Below, in pieces: positions 26,109 through 37,146 of a stretch of DNA of 64,000 bases (the first letter of the stretch is position 1; each line of letters starts with the position of its first letter). Location: positions 70,544 through 134,543 of the forward strand of contig CAVZWL010000005.1 in the NCBI GenBank assembly GCA_963778945.1. Reading direction: 5' to 3'. Below the pieces are notes generated by a model. That model was not told the origin of the DNA. It saw only the letters and a list, made by a program, of their open reading frames with translations, and made no database searches. Source of the DNA: Ignavibacteriota bacterium. GTDB lineage: Bacteria; Bacteroidota; Ignavibacteria; UBA10030. The translations under genes and the position numbers were made by a program.

Positions 26109-28858
26109 TTACGGTTGTGTTTGAATTTGCCTTCGCATCTGTGCGATTACCTCTTCGGCCCCCGAATGCGGCCCGTAAACGGATTGAAGAAGCGCTATGA
26201 CAGCTTCGGCATCCTTCGGCTGCTGCAATTCCCTGTAGCATGTAAAAAGAACGATATACGAATTATAACCCGAGAACGCTTCCTGAACGCGCCGGCCTGT
26301 GGTCACTTTCAGCTCGTCCACGAGCTCGTGAAGAAGTTCATTCGTACGTTCACGGTTGTGAAGGGAATGATAAAACGACGCAAGGTCGTATTTGATCTTA
26401 TAGTTCATTCCTACCGACCGGCGCGGCATCACTTCTTCCATACGATCGAGGATGCGAGATGCTTTCTCCGGCTGGTGCTGAACGTTCATGGCTTGCATAG
26501 CATAAAGGAAAAACATGCTTCGATAATTCGCAACGGCCATCTGCACGGTTCCTTCAAACGGCGTATTCGTTGCGGATTGAAATCCGCGCCAGGAAAATCC
26601 ATAACGGGGAATTTTGGAAAATTCATGCGGTGCATCGAAAAGATTCGCCGAAACGATCCGCTCGGCTGTGTCCGGCCACAATTGAACAGCGGAGTACGGT
26701 AACCAGCTTATAGGCCAATCCGGCCATCTGTAAATGATTACGGAGTCCGAGCGTTCCGTTCGGCGAGTACGCTTGATGCGAAATATATCGGCCGGCGGAA
26801 TGCCGCGGTTCTCACCATGTCGAATAACAGAACATCCTGGGGGCGAAGCCCTTTGAGTCTCCCTTGTAAAATTGTGCTCGGCATAAAAAATCTAAAAACA
26901 CTCCGATTCAAAACCGATGAATCGGACGATGTAAAAGAATCACCGATGCGATATCGTTGAACCGTTTCGCTGTCGATCGGAATTTCGATCATTTGCGGCT
27001 GGAATTGCACGGGCTGCAGGTCCTCCAATTCCGCATCTGTCGACGAGAAAGGAACAGGCGCTGCTCCGTACGGTGTATCGTGCTTGAGCTGCAGGGCATA
27101 CCACGATGTGTTGAGTAAAGTCAGATTGACAACCCGGATGTCCCGCCGGATACCGTCGACGTTTTGGAGATACCACAAAGGGAATGTATCATTGTCGCCG
27201 TTCGTTATAAGAACAGCATTGTTTTCGCAGCTCTGCAAAAGGTTATAGGCATAATCGTAAGCAACATAGTTGTCTTTTTGATTCGAGGAAGCATAGTTGG
27301 CTGCGAACATATTAACCGGTACGAAGAAAAAAGCAAGAGAAAGCATTCCGAAGACGGCGCTCTGCTGTTTCTGAGGATCGGCAATCGAATTTTTTAAAAA
27401 ATCCGCTGCCGCGCTTATTCCGATACCTATCCACAGAGAAAAAATTAAAAACGAACCGGCGTATAAATTATCATATTCATGCGGCTGCGGGCCCTGCTGG
27501 TTTTGAGCCCAGGCAAGACAAATTCCCGAAAGCAGAAAAAGGAGCGTCAGAGCAGAGGCCAGCGGAATATGAGTCCGCCATAACCTATAGAGACCGAGCA
27601 GGCCGAAAAGCGCCGGGATAAAGAAGAGCTGCCGCCATCGTATTCCCGCATCGTTAAAGTTTCCTTCGCAGCCGATCTCATTCCATCCCAGATAACGAAG
27701 GTACATATGAATGGTTTGGTACGAAAGGAAGTAATCGAAGTCGCTCGAATATTGTTTATGAAATGTCTGCTTCTCAGATTCGGTGCTCCACCGGCGATTC
27801 AGGAGAGGAGTATCGATCCATTCCTGCCGGCTGGAATACGACGCCCACCGTGCGAGAGAACCCGGATTTGTTTCATTGATCGGAGGATGCGCCTGTGCTC
27901 GAATGAAAATCACAGCTGAGGTCGACGATCCGAGAACGACGAAAAGAAAACAAAGGATAATCAAACGGTATCCCAGGTATTGGCGCCGGCAACACTCGTA
28001 CAATCCATAAAGGGAAGCCATAAGAATGAAAAGAGGCAAAAAAGAAAAGAGCGAACTTTTAATTCCGAAAAACTCTCCGCCAAGAAGCGACGGAAGGAAC
28101 GACACGACTCCCGCTGCGATGAGAAAAAAAAGCGCAAAGGCATAGAGGGCGAACCGCGCGAAGTGTTCTCTCGAAAACTCGTGATATCTATTGTACCACA
28201 GCAGGAACAGCGGCAGGACGGCCAATGCGGAAAGCAAATGCACGCCGACGGACAATCCGGAAATATAGGCGATAAGCAGAATTCGGCGGGGACTTTGTTC
28301 CGATTCTTCGCTCATATACCAATGCAGTCCCAGCCAGAGAATGACAGCAAAGAAAAACAGGCCGGCTGTCGTGATGTTCGCTTGAACGGCATTTTGCCAG
28401 AAAGTTTTTGAAAAAGACAGCGAAAGGGCTCCGATAAATCCGGAACCGTAGAGAATAAAATTACCGGCCAGCGAAGGAGGGATTTCCATCTGGTGCCGAA
28501 GAATTTTTATGATGACAGCGTACAGGATCGTGCAGGTCAGGCCGCTTGCAGCAGCGGAAAGCAGATGCATGCGTGCGGCGGGATCGTGAAAGAAAGGAAT
28601 CATCGCTGCGATGCGCGCCAAAAGAAGAAAAAGAGGCGCTCCGGGTGCGTGCGGTATCTGAAGAGAGAATGCAGCCGTGCATACTTCGCCGACATCCCAG
28701 AAGAGAACGGTCGGGGCAAGCGTTATCATGTAGGTCGCAAATGAAACCGCGAATACAACTGCTGCAACCCATCGATTGATTTTTTTTTCTTCCATATTTT
28801 CCTTCAGAATCTCAAAGCAAAGTACGTATAATGTAGGTTGAAAAGGTTTGAACATCAA
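26109..28858 (-). CDS. large DUF2723/PMT-like polytopic membrane protein with TPR-like C-terminal region; likely one gene with a -1 frameshift near 26690-26740
   Basis: A 706-aa multi-TM ORF (…TYMITLAPTVLFWDVGE…) is followed 57 bp downstream, in another frame, by a 190-aa helical ORF. The second frame is open across the first ORF's stop. Confidence 0.5.
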
Positions 28859-28929
28859 GGATATTCAAACAGCATTATTTCTCAACGCAATAAAACAGTA
28901 TTGGATCGTACGAACCAACGATAAGAATT

Positions 28930-30132
28930 CTACGTATGGATGCAAGGGCAGACGCGCGTATCGTCCGAGAATGTTAGAACCGGAAGAGGCGGCAAATTTC
29001 GTCGCAGAGCGAGTAGCCGCGCGCTGTCAGTGAAAAATATTTTCCCCGAAGGACAGCCAATCCGTCCTGCAGGCATGAATCGGTCAGGTCTCTTGTACGT
29101 TTCGATCAGATCGAATCCGAACTGCTTATGGAATTTTTCCAGGTCGATTCCGCCGCTTCGGAGTCCGAGAAAAATTGTTTCTTCCAGCATCTGGCGGCCG
29201 GCGAGCTCTTCACTTCCGGCCAGCGGAAGTTCCCCGCGTTCGAGCATTTCGTTGTACGATCCGAGGTTGGAAATATTCCACCATCGTTTTTGGTCTCTGT
29301 AGGAATGCGCCGAAGGACCGAATCCGAGATACGGTGTGTGATTCCAGTAATTTTTGTTATGGCGGGATTCGAATCCGGGTTTCGCAAAATTCGATACTTC
29401 ATACTGTCTGTAACCGTGCTCAGAGAGGAATTCGATCGTCATTTGATACAGCCCGGCATCGGTTTCGGTATCTAAGGGAGTTACCTGCTTGCTTTGCACC
29501 ATTGAAAACAGAGGCGTGTTAGGTTCTACAATCAAACTGTAGCATGAAAGATGAGCCGGCCGGAGCGCAACTGCTTGTTCAAGATTGAAGCGCCACCGTT
29601 CGAGTGTTTGACCGGGAAGCGAAAAAATAAGATCGATGCTCACGTCTTCGAAACCCGCGTCGAAAGCATCGCGGATGCAGGATCGTGCTGTTTCGGATGA
29701 ATGGATGCGCGTCAGAAAGCGAAGATCGTCGTCGTGAAAAGACTGAATGCCGACGCTAAGGCGATTAAGGCCTGCATTTCGGAAATTTTTCAGCTTCTCC
29801 ACATCGACAGTCCCTGGATTCGCTTCCAGCGTAATTTCTGCGTCCGAATGGATAGAAAATGTTGAAGAAAGTTTCTGAAGAATTTTGTCGATGGTATCAG
29901 GCGGCAGAAGGGAAGGCGTTCCACCGCCAAAGAAGACGGTTTGAAACGTTTCTGCAAATTTATATTTTTCTCCTTGAAGACCGATTTCATGTCCGAGGTT
30001 TGCCAGGAAACGGTCGATCAGCATATTCTGAGATTGCTCCGGCTCCGATGTCGCCGCCGGCGCCAGCGAATAAAAATCGCAGTATATGCACTTATGTTCG
30101 CAAAAAGGAATATGGATGTAGAGGCCGGGCAC
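28930..30132 (-). CDS. hemW: radical-SAM heme chaperone HemW (HemN-like)
   Basis: The radical-SAM CxxxCxxC motif (HIPFCEHKCIYCDF) and a HemN-like body are present. The annotated ORF N-terminus (MFSFLFTLYSSQFTIYY) is just the translation of the 7-bp repeat array, so the start was moved to about 30132 (GTG, ...ASVPGLYIHIPFC). Confidence 0.7.
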   Translation of the reverse strand: MPGLYIHIPFCEHKCIYCDFYSLAPAATSEPEQSQNMLIDRFLANLGHEIGLQGEKYKFAETFQTVFFGGGTPSLLPPDTIDKILQKLSSTFSIHSDAEITLEANPGTVDVEKLKNFRNAGLNRLSVGIQSFHDDDLRFLTRIHSSETARSCIRDAFDAGFEDVSIDLIFSLPGQTLERWRFNLEQAVALRPAHLSCYSLIVEPNTPLFSMVQSKQVTPLDTETDAGLYQMTIEFLSEHGYRQYEVSNFAKPGFESRHNKNYWNHTPYLGFGPSAHSYRDQKRWWNISNLGSYNEMLERGELPLAGSEELAGRQMLEETIFLGLRSGGIDLEKFHKQFGFDLIETYKRPDRFMPAGRIGCPSGKIFFTDSARLLALRRNLPPLPVLTFSDDTRVCPCIHT

Positions 30133-30138
30133 AGAAGC

Positions 30139-30264
30139 GTAAATGGTTAATAGTAAATAGTAAATGGTAAACTGTGAACTGTAAAGAGTAAACAGAAAAC
30201 TAAACAACTGATTAACTGATTAACATTCTGTCTTCTTCATTCTCAATTCTTAATTCTTAATTCT
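30139..30264. repeat. 7-bp-period composite array (GTAAATG, GTTAATA, GTAAATA, GTAAATG, GTAAACT, GTGAACT, GTAAAGA, GTAAACA ... TGATTAA x2 ... TCATTCT, CAATTCT, TAATTCT x2) in the lepB-hemW spacer
   Basis: Read directly from the sequence. Confidence 0.8.
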
Positions 30265-30267
30265 GCT

Positions 30268-31173
30268 TTACCTTATAATCGTTCCTACCTTGCTCCATCT
30301 GATTGTTGCGAATTTGTCGGACAGCGAACGGACTGGCGTATCCTGATCCCACGACCAATAGATAAGAATCGCTTCGCCGATGATATTGTCTTCCGGCACG
30401 AATCCCCAAAACCGGCTGTCCAGACTGTTGTCCCGGTTGTCGCCGAGGACAAAATAATAATTCCGTTCGACTTTATACGAGCGGGCAGGTTTCCCGTCGA
30501 TGGTAACGACAGAATCGTTCGCCAGCGCAGGAGTGTGTCCTTCGCGGCGTATAAAAATTTTCCATGTATTGATCGTCGATGTATTCAGCGGGATCATATC
30601 GCCGCGCCGTGGAATTCGGATCGGTCCGTAATTGATGTCGGTAAAACCGCTGTTCGATGGGAAAATATCGTCGGATTTTTGCCACGAAGCATTTTTAGTA
30701 TGAACTGTAGGAATCGCTTTGCGGGGAAGCGGAAGGGGCGTGTTATTGACAAAGGCCTCGCCCTTCGAAAGGAGAAAAGTGTCTCCCGGGAGCGCAACGC
30801 ATCGTTTGACATAATTTTCATATTCGCCGGGCGTCACCTCGTCGCGAGCGCCCGGATACTCGAAAATGATGACATCGTTCCTGTGAATATGCCTCCAAAA
30901 AGGGAGAGTAAACGAAGGAAGCGCCTTATTGATGAACTCGAAATGATGCGGACTATGGAGACCGTATGCCATCTTATCGACAAGGAGATAGTCTCCTACT
31001 GTGAGAGTGTTTTCCATCGAACGGGATGGAATACTATATGCGTCGATGACGAACGCCTTGAGCACGAGAGCAGCAAGAAGCGTTATGCCGATGACTTTAC
31101 CGTATTCGATAACGGAGCCTGAAACATTCTCTGCCGGCTTCACGCCGGCTGTCGTCGACGGTCGTTCTGCCAT
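30268..31173 (-). CDS. lepB: signal peptidase I
   Basis: The S26 boxes are present (SMENTL, GDYLLVDK, VKRCVALPGDT, GDNRDNSLDSRFWGFV). Confidence 0.8.
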   Translation of the reverse strand: MAERPSTTAGVKPAENVSGSVIEYGKVIGITLLAALVLKAFVIDAYSIPSRSMENTLTVGDYLLVDKMAYGLHSPHHFEFINKALPSFTLPFWRHIHRNDVIIFEYPGARDEVTPGEYENYVKRCVALPGDTFLLSKGEAFVNNTPLPLPRKAIPTVHTKNASWQKSDDIFPSNSGFTDINYGPIRIPRRGDMIPLNTSTINTWKIFIRREGHTPALANDSVVTIDGKPARSYKVERNYYFVLGDNRDNSLDSRFWGFVPEDNIIGEAILIYWSWDQDTPVRSLSDKFATIRWSKVGTIIR

Positions 31174-32111
31174 TACTGAATGAGTGAACCGATTCTGCCC
31201 CAGCGCACCGACGCAATTCGGCCGAAGATGTCATAAATCGGTATATCGGAATTCCACGACCAGTAGACGATGATCGGCGTGCCGACAAGATTTTCTTTTG
31301 GAATAAATCCCCAATAGCGTCCATCCAGACTATTATCCCGATGATCTCCCATGCCGAAGATATAATCACGCTGGACGGTATACGATGAGACAGGCTTCCC
31401 ATCCACCAAAACGGAACTGCCTGCAACTCCGGTTGTGTGCCCTTCCCGCTGGATAAATATTTCCCATGCCGGATAATTTTGAACGCTCAAATAAATTTCC
31501 ATTCCTTTTTTTGGAATGACAAGGGGACCGAAATTGTCTTCATTCCAAGGCGCACCTTTCGGAAAAATCCGGTCATCGGGATCGTTCGACGGAACTTCCC
31601 AGCCCCGGTCATAACGTACGTTCCGCGGCAGCGGAACAAGCTGTCCGTTGACGGACACGACTCGATTGCGGATCTGGATTGTATCGCCCGATACTGCGAT
31701 GCAGCGTTTAAGATAATACGTGAACTGATCCGACTGCAATTCATCGCGCATGCCGGGGAACACAAAAACGATAACATCGCCCCTATGGACATCGCGAACT
31801 GCCGGCAAACGAAACCACGGGAAAGGAAGATTCGGCAGGTGAACGGCTCCGAGCGTGAGCATCTGCAGGAAATCGAATTGCTGCAGGTTCATCGGACTTG
31901 TTCCGCCGTAGATGAATTTGTTGACAAAAAGAAGTTCGCCGGTAAGCACCTCGTTTTCCATTGATCCCGTGGGGACCATAAAGGATGCAATGACAAAATT
32001 ATTGATGAGGAGAAACAATCCGAATACGATGACGAATTCTTTGAGGAACGCAAGTGTCTTTTGTTTCCAGCCGAGCCTGGGTTGTTCCTGCGGTTTCTTC
32101 TGATTGCTCAC
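31173..32111 (-). CDS. lepB: signal peptidase I (second, tandem paralog)
   Basis: The S26 boxes are present (SMENEV, GELLFVNK, LKRCIAVSGDT, GDHRDNSLDGRYWGFI). The start is uncertain (GTG at about 32111, or further upstream overlapping the lepA end). Confidence 0.75.
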   Translation of the reverse strand: MSNQKKPQEQPRLGWKQKTLAFLKEFVIVFGLFLLINNFVIASFMVPTGSMENEVLTGELLFVNKFIYGGTSPMNLQQFDFLQMLTLGAVHLPNLPFPWFRLPAVRDVHRGDVIVFVFPGMRDELQSDQFTYYLKRCIAVSGDTIQIRNRVVSVNGQLVPLPRNVRYDRGWEVPSNDPDDRIFPKGAPWNEDNFGPLVIPKKGMEIYLSVQNYPAWEIFIQREGHTTGVAGSSVLVDGKPVSSYTVQRDYIFGMGDHRDNSLDGRYWGFIPKENLVGTPIIVYWSWNSDIPIYDIFGRIASVRWGRIGSLIQ

Positions 32112-32142
32112 GTGTTTCCCTTTCTTGAAATTAAATTCTCTT

Positions 32143-33941
32143 CTATTCTTCCATAGAGAGGACGGCGAGAAATGCTTCCTGGGGAATCTCCACACGGCCT
32201 ACCTGTTTCATACGTTTTTTACCCTCTTTTTGTTTCTCCAGAAGTTTGCGTTTGCGCGAAATATCGCCGCCGTAGCATTTAGCCAGAACGTTTTTCCTCA
32301 TCGCGCTGAGCGTTTCCCGTGCGATAACCTTGCTGCCGATAGCCGCCTGTATGGCTACTTCGAACATTTGACGATGGATCAGCTTCCGAAGTTTCTGGCA
32401 CATCTTTCGTCCCCACTCATACGATTCTTCGCGGTGAACAATGGTGGACAGCGCATCGACCGGTTCTCCGTTGAGGAGAATATCCAGCTTGACCAGTTCG
32501 GATTCCCTGTATTCCAGCAGGTCGTAATCGAACGAAGCATATCCGCGCGAAATGGATTTCAGCTTATCGTAAAAATCGAAAATGATTTCGGAAAGGGGAA
32601 GTTCATAATGAATATCGGCGCGTTCGGGGCTCAGGTATGTCGTGTTTTTGTGTATACCGCGCCGGTCCATGCAGAGTTTCATGATATTTCCGATGTATTC
32701 GGTCGGAACGATAATTTGCGCCTTGACGAAAGGTTCTTCTACTTTTTCAATCATACCGGCGTCCGGCATCAATGCCGGATTGTCTACGAAGAGAACATCA
32801 TGGTCTGTCTTTGTCACTCGGTATTCGACGTTGGGAACCGTATTGATGAGCGATTGATTATATTCCCGTTCAAGGCGTTCACGGACGATCTCCATGTGAA
32901 GCAGCCCGAGAAAGCCGGCACGGAATCCGAAACCGAGGGCGACGGATGTTTCCGGCTCAAAGACCAAAGATGCGTCGTTGAGTTTTAATTTTTCGAGCGC
33001 TTCACGCAGTTCGGAAAATTCATCGCTGTTGGTCGGATAAATTCCGCTAAAGACCATCGGCTTCGCTTCCTTATATCCGGGAAGCGGCTCCGGCGCAGGA
33101 TTGCCCGCAAGTGTGATCGTATCCCCGACTTTGGTATCGTGGACATCCCGCAGATTGGCAATAATATAACCGACATCCCCGGCGGAGAGGGACCCGGTCC
33201 GCTTACGCTGCATTTCCAGTATGCCGATGTCTTCCGCCTGGAAATCCCTTCCGTTTGAAAAAAAGCGTATCTGGTCTTTTTCCTTGATCGAGCCGTCTAT
33301 AACGCGAACGTAGGCGATTGCACCGCGGAACTCGTCGAATACGGAATCGAAAATAAGCGCCTTCAGAGGCGCCTGCGGATCTCCCTGCGGCGGCGGAATG
33401 CGCTTGACGATCGCTTCCAGAACCTCCTCAGTCCCGATTCCCGATTTAGCGCTGCCCATGAGAATCTCTTCTTCCGTACAGCCGATGAGGTCGATAATCT
33501 GCTTCTTGACCATTTCGATCATCGTCTTAGCACTGGGCAGATCGATCTTGTTGATAAAAGGTATGATCTCCAGGCCGGCATCGATTGCGAGGTAAAGGTT
33601 GGAAATTGTCTGTGCTTCGACGCCTTGTGTAGCATCGACGACGAGGATCGCTCCCTCACATGCGGCGAGGGAGCGGGATACTTCATACGTAAAATCGACG
33701 TGTCCCGGCGTGTCGATAAGGTTGAGAGTGTATTCTTTTTTATTGCGCGCTTTATACTGGAGCTGAATGGCATGCAGCTTGATGGTAATGCCGCGCTCCT
33801 GTTCCAGTTCCATGTCGTCGAGGACCTGTTTGGTCATGTCCCGCGAGGCAATCGTACCGGTGTATCCAGAAGCCGGTCAGCCAGAGTCGATTTACCGTGA
33901 TCGATATGTGCTACAATGCAAAAATTACGAATATGATCCAT
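32143..33941 (-). CDS. lepA: elongation factor 4 (LepA) with a single-base frameshift at about 33855-33865
   Basis: The G1 motif, start ([25 protein letters not shown]) and the region up to the junction are in one frame; the rest (…[20 protein letters not shown]… to the C-terminus) is in another. The junction lies at ACACCGGTAC. Confidence 0.85.
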
Positions 33942-34049
33942 TTTCAAAACTCAATCCAATAAAACGATAAAGAGTAAAGAGGGGTTAGCCGCTCTTTACT
34001 CCTTTCTTTCTTAAAGATATTCAAAAATGGGGAGAAGAGCAATGAGCGA

Positions 34050-34106
34050 TAAAGAGTAAATGGTGAATGGTAAATGGCGAATGGTAAATGGTGAATGGCG
34101 TCACGT
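34050..34106. repeat. 7-bp-period array (GTAAATG, GTGAATG, GTAAATG, GCGAATG, GTAAATG, GTGAATG) in the divergent lepA/epimerase promoter region
   Basis: Read directly from the sequence. Confidence 0.8.
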
Positions 34107-34195
34107 TTGTTTAATGTTTTGCCTTTTTGTTCTTTTGTTTGCTATATTCTTTTCATTATTCACAGTTTTCCGGTTGCTCATCAACAAGGAAATAC

Positions 34196-35119
34196 ATGAA
34201 AATCGTTATTGCCGGGGGAACTGGATTTATCGGCGGCAGATTGACACAGCGGCTTCTTGATTTGGATCATGAAGTTATTATTCTTTCGCGCCGCGAGATG
34301 GATGCGTCGATATCCCGGTTCCCAAAGAATGTAAAATTGTCATGGCTTGTCTGGGACGGCCGAACTCCGGAAGCGCTCCTTCCGGCAATTGACGGAGCTT
34401 CCGCCGTTCTTAATCTTGCCGGCGAGTCTCTTGCGGGAAAGAGATGGACCGAAACACAAAAGATGATAATATTCGACAGCAGGATCGAGACTACAAGGTC
34501 GCTGGTATCGGCGATCGGACGTGCCGGTCATCCGCCGAAAATACTGTTGAATGCATCCGCCGTCGGTTTTTACGGCAATGTTCCGGAAGGAGATGTGACG
34601 GAATACTTTCCACAAGGTAAAGATTTTTTGGCGGATCTTTGTGCGCAATGGGAACTCGAATCACTGCGTGCAGAAAAATTCGGTGTGCGTGTTGTTCTGC
34701 TGCGGTCCGGCATTGTGCTGGACACATGCGCCGGCACGCTTCCAAAATTACTGCTGCCGTTTAGGTTTTTTCTGGGAGGACATTTTGGAAGCGGGAAGCA
34801 ATGGTTCCCATGGATTCATGTCCTGGACGAAGTCAATGCTATTCTTTTCGCGCTGAACAACGAGAATATCTCCGGCGCTGTGAATCTCTGCGCGCCCGGC
34901 ATACTTCGCCAGAAAGATTTTTGCACGTTGCTTGGAAAAGTTCTGCACCGGCCGTCGGTTCTATCGATTCCTGCCGCCGTTTTAAAAATTTTTCTTGGCG
35001 AAATGGCGGAACTGCTGCTCCTGCATGGACAGAAAGCTGTGTCTCAAAAATTGATCGACAGCGGATTCAAATTTTCTTTTATGGAATGCGAAGAAGCGTT
35101 GAAGAATCTTGCGGGCTAA
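34196..35119 (+). CDS. TIGR01777 (YfcH-like) NAD-dependent epimerase/dehydratase family protein
   Basis: The N-terminal Rossmann motif (MKIVIAGGTGFIGGRL) and a C-terminal DUF1731-like region are present. The start was set at the ATG at 34196. Confidence 0.7.
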   Translation: MKIVIAGGTGFIGGRLTQRLLDLDHEVIILSRREMDASISRFPKNVKLSWLVWDGRTPEALLPAIDGASAVLNLAGESLAGKRWTETQKMIIFDSRIETTRSLVSAIGRAGHPPKILLNASAVGFYGNVPEGDVTEYFPQGKDFLADLCAQWELESLRAEKFGVRVVLLRSGIVLDTCAGTLPKLLLPFRFFLGGHFGSGKQWFPWIHVLDEVNAILFALNNENISGAVNLCAPGILRQKDFCTLLGKVLHRPSVLSIPAAVLKIFLGEMAELLLLHGQKAVSQKLIDSGFKFSFMECEEALKNLAG

Positions 35120-35685
35120 TGAATGGGAATCTTGAGCTGGACGGTGGTTGTTCCTTCCAGACTATCTGAGACGTCGAAACTGTACAGCGTGGCTCCAACA
35201 TAAGCATCTAAAAGATTGACAATATACGTAAGCACAAGATAGATCGTATATTTGTCCCGTATATCATGGTAATAATCCCGGCAGGTTTGGAGTTGAGGGT
35301 TGCCTATGTGGTAGATAGTGTCTGCTGCAACCGATGCCGAGAATAGATTTTGGTATCGGCGATAATAAGTATTGGCTTCGTTCCATTGTGAATAAAACAA
35401 AACACCGAGTCCCCAGTATAATGGAATTGTATAATACCGATGAGCATAAAATTGACCCGCTCCGGGAAGAATTGCTGAAAGAAGCAAAGCGGTGTTTCCG
35501 GATTTTTGGTCAAGAGGTACGGGGGCAATTTTACGCGCTGAAAATGCGAGCGTATCGGCCTGTGCTTTGGCCGAGTCCTGCCGCATAAATGCGGCAGGAA
35601 CAACTCGCTGGGCATGAGCGGCCTGCGGACGGAGAAGAAAACATGAGAGAGTGCCGAACAGCAGTATAAATCCCCTATGCTTCAT
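35116..35685 (-). CDS. DUF5683-domain protein (secreted)
   Basis: A signal peptide and the conserved LPGAGQFYAHRYY segment are present. Confidence 0.55.
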   Translation of the reverse strand: MKHRGFILLFGTLSCFLLRPQAAHAQRVVPAAFMRQDSAKAQADTLAFSARKIAPVPLDQKSGNTALLLSAILPGAGQFYAHRYYTIPLYWGLGVLFYSQWNEANTYYRRYQNLFSASVAADTIYHIGNPQLQTCRDYYHDIRDKYTIYLVLTYIVNLLDAYVGATLYSFDVSDSLEGTTTVQLKIPIH

Positions 35686-35692
35686 AAAAAAT

Positions 35693-36079
35693 TCAGTCGA
35701 TAAGAGCGACAGCTTCAATTTCTACCTTCACATCTTTTGGAAGACGGGCAACTTCGACCGCACTGCGTGCAGGCGCATTGGATGCAAAAAACTCGCCGTA
35801 TACCTCATTCATCGCTGCGAAATCGTTCATGCTTTTTAAAAAGACCGTCGTTTTAACGACTTGCTGGAGCGACGAACCTCCGGCAAGGAGCACCGCTTCC
35901 AGGTTCTTTATGGCCTGCCTGGTTTGGGACTTGATGTCCGTGTCGGTCACCGTTCCTGAGACGGGATCGAGGGGTATCTGTCCGGCCGTGAAAAGAAGTT
36001 TGCCTTCCGCCGCAATCGCCTGACTATAGGGACCAATCGGCGCAGGAGCTTTGTCTGTTAAAATTTTTGTTTTAGGCAT
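35693..36079 (-). CDS. ridA: RidA/YjgF-family reactive-intermediate deaminase
   Basis: The protein is 128 aa and has the RidA patterns ([19 protein letters not shown], and an ERP-type C-terminal motif with the consensus Glu replaced by Ala). Confidence 0.8.
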   Translation of the reverse strand: MPKTKILTDKAPAPIGPYSQAIAAEGKLLFTAGQIPLDPVSGTVTDTDIKSQTRQAIKNLEAVLLAGGSSLQQVVKTTVFLKSMNDFAAMNEVYGEFFASNAPARSAVEVARLPKDVKVEIEAVALID

Positions 36080-36087
36080 TTTTTTAA

Positions 36088-36226
36088 GCTGTAAACGGTA
36101 AACTGTGAACTGTGAACTGTAAAGAGCAAATCAACTGAATAACAAAGTAACCAAATAACCAAATAACGGATTAACGCATCACATTGAAAAACGAACTACG
36201 AACTTAGAACTATGAACCAATGAACT
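36088..36226. repeat. 7-bp-period composite array (GCTGTAA, ACGGTAA, ACTGTGA x2, ACTGTAA ... CCAAATA/ACCAAAT ... GAACTAC, GAACTTA, GAACTAT, GAACCAA, TGAACTA) in the ridA-parB spacer
   Basis: Read directly from the sequence. Confidence 0.8.
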
Positions 36227-36230
36227 ATTT

Positions 36231-37143
36231 TTATTTTTTCCCTTCCGTAAACAAATCCAAGAGCCGGTCAAAATCGTCCAGCGAATAAAATTCTATTATT
36301 ATTTCACCCCGTCCGCTTCCTTTCGTATGTACTTTTACCCTGGTTCCGAGCGATTGTTGAAGACGTTCTTCAAGGCTGTGCAAGTTTGCTGAGGCGCCGC
36401 TGCCGGCTGATTTCGTCGGTCTTGCGGAATTTTTTCCTGCAGACCGGACAATATCTTCCACTTTGCGGACGGAAAGTCCGCCGTCGACGATTTTATCGTA
36501 TGTCCGGAGCTGAGTTTTTTCGCTCGGCAAATTGATGAGCGCGCGGGCATGTCCCATCGAAATTTTATTTTTTCGAAGCCCGTCCTGAATTTTAGATGGA
36601 AGCTTTAAAAGGCGGATAAAATTCGTCACGGTGCTGCGGTCTTTTCCGACCTTTCTGGGCGATATCGTCCTGGTTCAAATGGCATTCGTCGATAAGCCGC
36701 TGATACGCCGCAGCCACTTCGATCGGATTCAAATATTCCCGCTGAATGTTCTCGATGAGAGCGAGTTCCAGCATTTCTTCGTCGTTCTCGATGGAGATGA
36801 TATACGCGGGAATGTGTTTGAGCCGCGCAAGCTGCGCAGCGCGCAGACGCCGTTCTCCGGAAATGAGCTGGTAGCCGTTTTCCGTCCGGCGAATAGTAAT
36901 CGGCTGAATGATTCCTTTTTCCCTGATCGACCGCGTTAGTTCGTCAAGAGCGCTCTGATCGAAATCGGTTCTCGGCTGAAAAGGATTCGGATGAATTTTT
37001 CCGATCTCGATATTGGCAATGATGCCGACCTCTCCGGTGTCGGTCCCGATCGAGGTATCGCGGACATTGACCTCCATCTGCGGGGTCTTAGGAATAAGTG
37101 CGTTGAGTCCTCGTCCGAGGACGGGTTTTTTATTCGTACTCAT
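36231..37143 (-). CDS. parB: chromosome partitioning protein ParB/Spo0J with a single-base frameshift at about 36650
   Basis: The N-terminal ParB box (GIIQPITIRRTENGYQLISGERRLRAAQLA) is in one frame. The HTH and C-terminal part (...KVGKDRSTVTNFIRLLKLP…) is in another. The junction lies at CAGAAAGGTCGG. Confidence 0.8.
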
Positions 37144-37146
37144 CGG

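Noticed and set aside
34060-34260. 66-aa ORF (MVNGKWRMVNGEWRHV…)
   Set aside because: It is a translation of the GTAAATG/GTGAATG array in the divergent promoter region.
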